The notes under the pieces: model-generated
The model's input: the letters and a program-made list of their open reading frames with translations, nothing else
Told to the model about the DNA's origin: nothing
Database searches by the model: none
DNA from: Promethearchaeota archaeon
Lineage (GTDB): Archaea; Asgardarchaeota; Lokiarchaeia; Sigyniarchaeales; SOKP01
Assembly: GCA_048941285.1 (NCBI GenBank)
Contig: JBHLNS010000061.1
Location: 1-16,938 of the forward strand
Direction of reading: 5' to 3'
DNA: 16,938 bases
Program-made: the position numbers and the translations under genes
Shown: positions 15,691 through 16,938 of the stretch, in pieces
Numbering within the stretch: position 1 is the stretch's first letter
Layout: each line of letters starts with the position of its first letter

Positions 15691-16476
15691 TTATTTTATT
15701 GGTTTTAATTTCCAAATTTTATATGATTCTAATACAAAAATTACTGTTCCCAAAATTAAAAAAAATAATAAAAGTAAATTAATGGGATCATAAAAGAAAT
15801 GTAACCCCTGAATCATAATAAGTATTAAAAATATAATAAATCCAAATGAATAGAATATCAAATAGAGTGAAATTTTGGGAATAGTTCGACTTCCAATGCG
15901 AAAAAATAATCTTAAAACACCAATTTTCACCTCTTCGTTTAAGGAATATTTACCTTCTTCATCATCTTTTGAGATAATTCCTGCTTTAAGTAATTTAGAA
16001 ATTTGATAAGAAACTGTTCCAGAAGATGATAAATTTAATGCTTTTTGTATTTCCCTTACTCCTGCATGCCTATGAGTAAAAAAATACCAATAAATTTGCA
16101 AAGTTTTACCTTGCAAATAATCCTCAGGAATTTCAGCTTTGATTTTTGGTATTTCCTCTAAGATTTCTATAGGTTCAGGAGTAATTTTTTCAATACGAGG
16201 TTTTTCTAAGAAATGAATCCCTATAATAAAAAAACCGTAACAAATGAATACAATAATTGAAAAGTACAGAAAAAAATCTATGATTTGTTGATTGATAATA
16301 CTTTGAGAATACATAATTAAGAAGTATATTGTCATTATACCTTGTAGGATTGTCAGGCAATGAATAATTCTTTTGAATGTATAATTTAATAATGGTTTAT
16401 AATGATTTTTTCCGAGTTTAGATCCAAAATTACTTTCAGATTCTTTTTTATTACTATGGCTTTCTTGGGAACTCAT
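15691..16476 (-). CDS. Membrane-tethered winged-HTH protein (2 TM - wHTH - 2 TM), putative transcriptional regulator
   Basis: Central LQGKTLQIYWYFF....AGVREIQKALNLSSSGTVSYQISKLLKAGII.KDDEEGKY is a wHTH. Hydrophobic pairs lie at approximately aa 38-57 and 65-90, and at approximately aa 203-223 and 232-251. Confidence 0.85.
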   Translation of the reverse strand: MSSQESHSNKKESESNFGSKLGKNHYKPLLNYTFKRIIHCLTILQGIMTIYFLIMYSQSIINQQIIDFFLYFSIIVFICYGFFIIGIHFLEKPRIEKITPEPIEILEEIPKIKAEIPEDYLQGKTLQIYWYFFTHRHAGVREIQKALNLSSSGTVSYQISKLLKAGIISKDDEEGKYSLNEEVKIGVLRLFFRIGSRTIPKISLYLIFYSFGFIIFLILIMIQGLHFFYDPINLLLLFFLILGTVIFVLESYKIWKLKPIK

Positions 16477-16568
16477 GATTAAGGTTTCTTTTCTCTAAAA
16501 TTATTGATTCTTTTTCAATTTTTATATTTTATTGAAAATATCAAAATAAATTTTATTGCTAGAATTCG

Positions 16569-16588
16569 TTGTTCAAAAGTTCGAACAA
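16569..16588. promoter_or_regulatory. Inverted repeat TTGTTC-N8-GAACAA, candidate operator
   Basis: Arms at 16569-16574 and 16583-16588, directly downstream (minus sense) of a TATA box TTTAAATA at 16603-16596 for the wHTH gene. Confidence 0.5.
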
Positions 16589-16753
16589 AATAATGTATTT
16601 AAAGTTAAAACGGGTATATTTTTGTGAAGACTAAGATAAATTTCTAGTCTAAAAATTACGATGTGTCAAAAAAATTAAATATGTCAAAAGAAATGATTAA
16701 TAGAATTATTTTGAGTGAAAATTTAAAAAAAGAAAAATACTAAGATGATTTTA

Positions 16754-16938
16754 ATGAGTATGCTTAAATATCTTATAAGGAGATTATTAGCAGCAATACC
16801 GGTTATATTTGGAGTTTTAACCTTAACCTTTATTCTCTCGAAATTAATGCCAGGAGATCCAGTGTACGCGTTGTTAGAAGCGCATGGAATTAGTGATCCT
16901 CTCCCCGAGGTGGTTAACGAATGGAGAAGACAATTAGG
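16754..16938 (+). CDS. dppB: Peptide/nickel ABC transporter permease (DppB/OppB family), 5' partial
   Basis: Manual translation gives MSMLKYLIRRLLAAIPVIFGVLTLTFILSKLMPGDPVYALL..., the classic DppB/OppB N-terminus (Y..RRL...IP......T..F......PGDP). Alternative in-frame ATGs at 16745 and 16760. Runs off the right edge. Confidence 0.9.
   Translation, partial: MSMLKYLIRRLLAAIPVIFGVLTLTFILSKLMPGDPVYALLEAHGISDPLPEVVNEWRRQL

Noticed and set aside
1-16938. tRNA, rRNA, transposase, integrase, or anti-phage defence operon
   Set aside because: I found no cloverleaf or rRNA-like GC-rich segments, and no DDE, tyrosine or serine recombinase motifs. TatD and the methyltransferase look like ordinary stand-alone family members without defence partners.

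Overview
Very AT-rich, gene-dense archaeal chromosome segment. The gene content points to an Asgard archaeon (Lokiarchaeia/Promethearchaeota-like): an SDS22-type LRR protein, a stand-alone SCP2 protein, a gelsolin-like domain protein, DUF6125, and BRE/TATA promoters. This assignment is inferred, not searched. Housekeeping and metabolic genes are AlaX-M tRNA editing protein, glutamate dehydrogenase, flavodoxin, TatD, pyroglutamyl peptidase, single-chain aconitase, a SAM methyltransferase and the 5' end of a peptide ABC permease. The best novel-system candidate is a two-gene operon at 12897-15534. It encodes a divergent gelsolin-like head on a long rod of ~60-65-aa helical modules, plus a headless paralog built from the same modules, and it lies downstream of a 4-TM membrane-tethered wHTH regulator. 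Features missed by the ORF track are a plus-strand pseudogene fragment (3626-3871), a 47-aa small ORF (8026-8169), two possible structured RNA leaders (58-155 and the aconitase leader) and several operator-like palindromes. I saw no tRNA, rRNA, CRISPR array or transposase.
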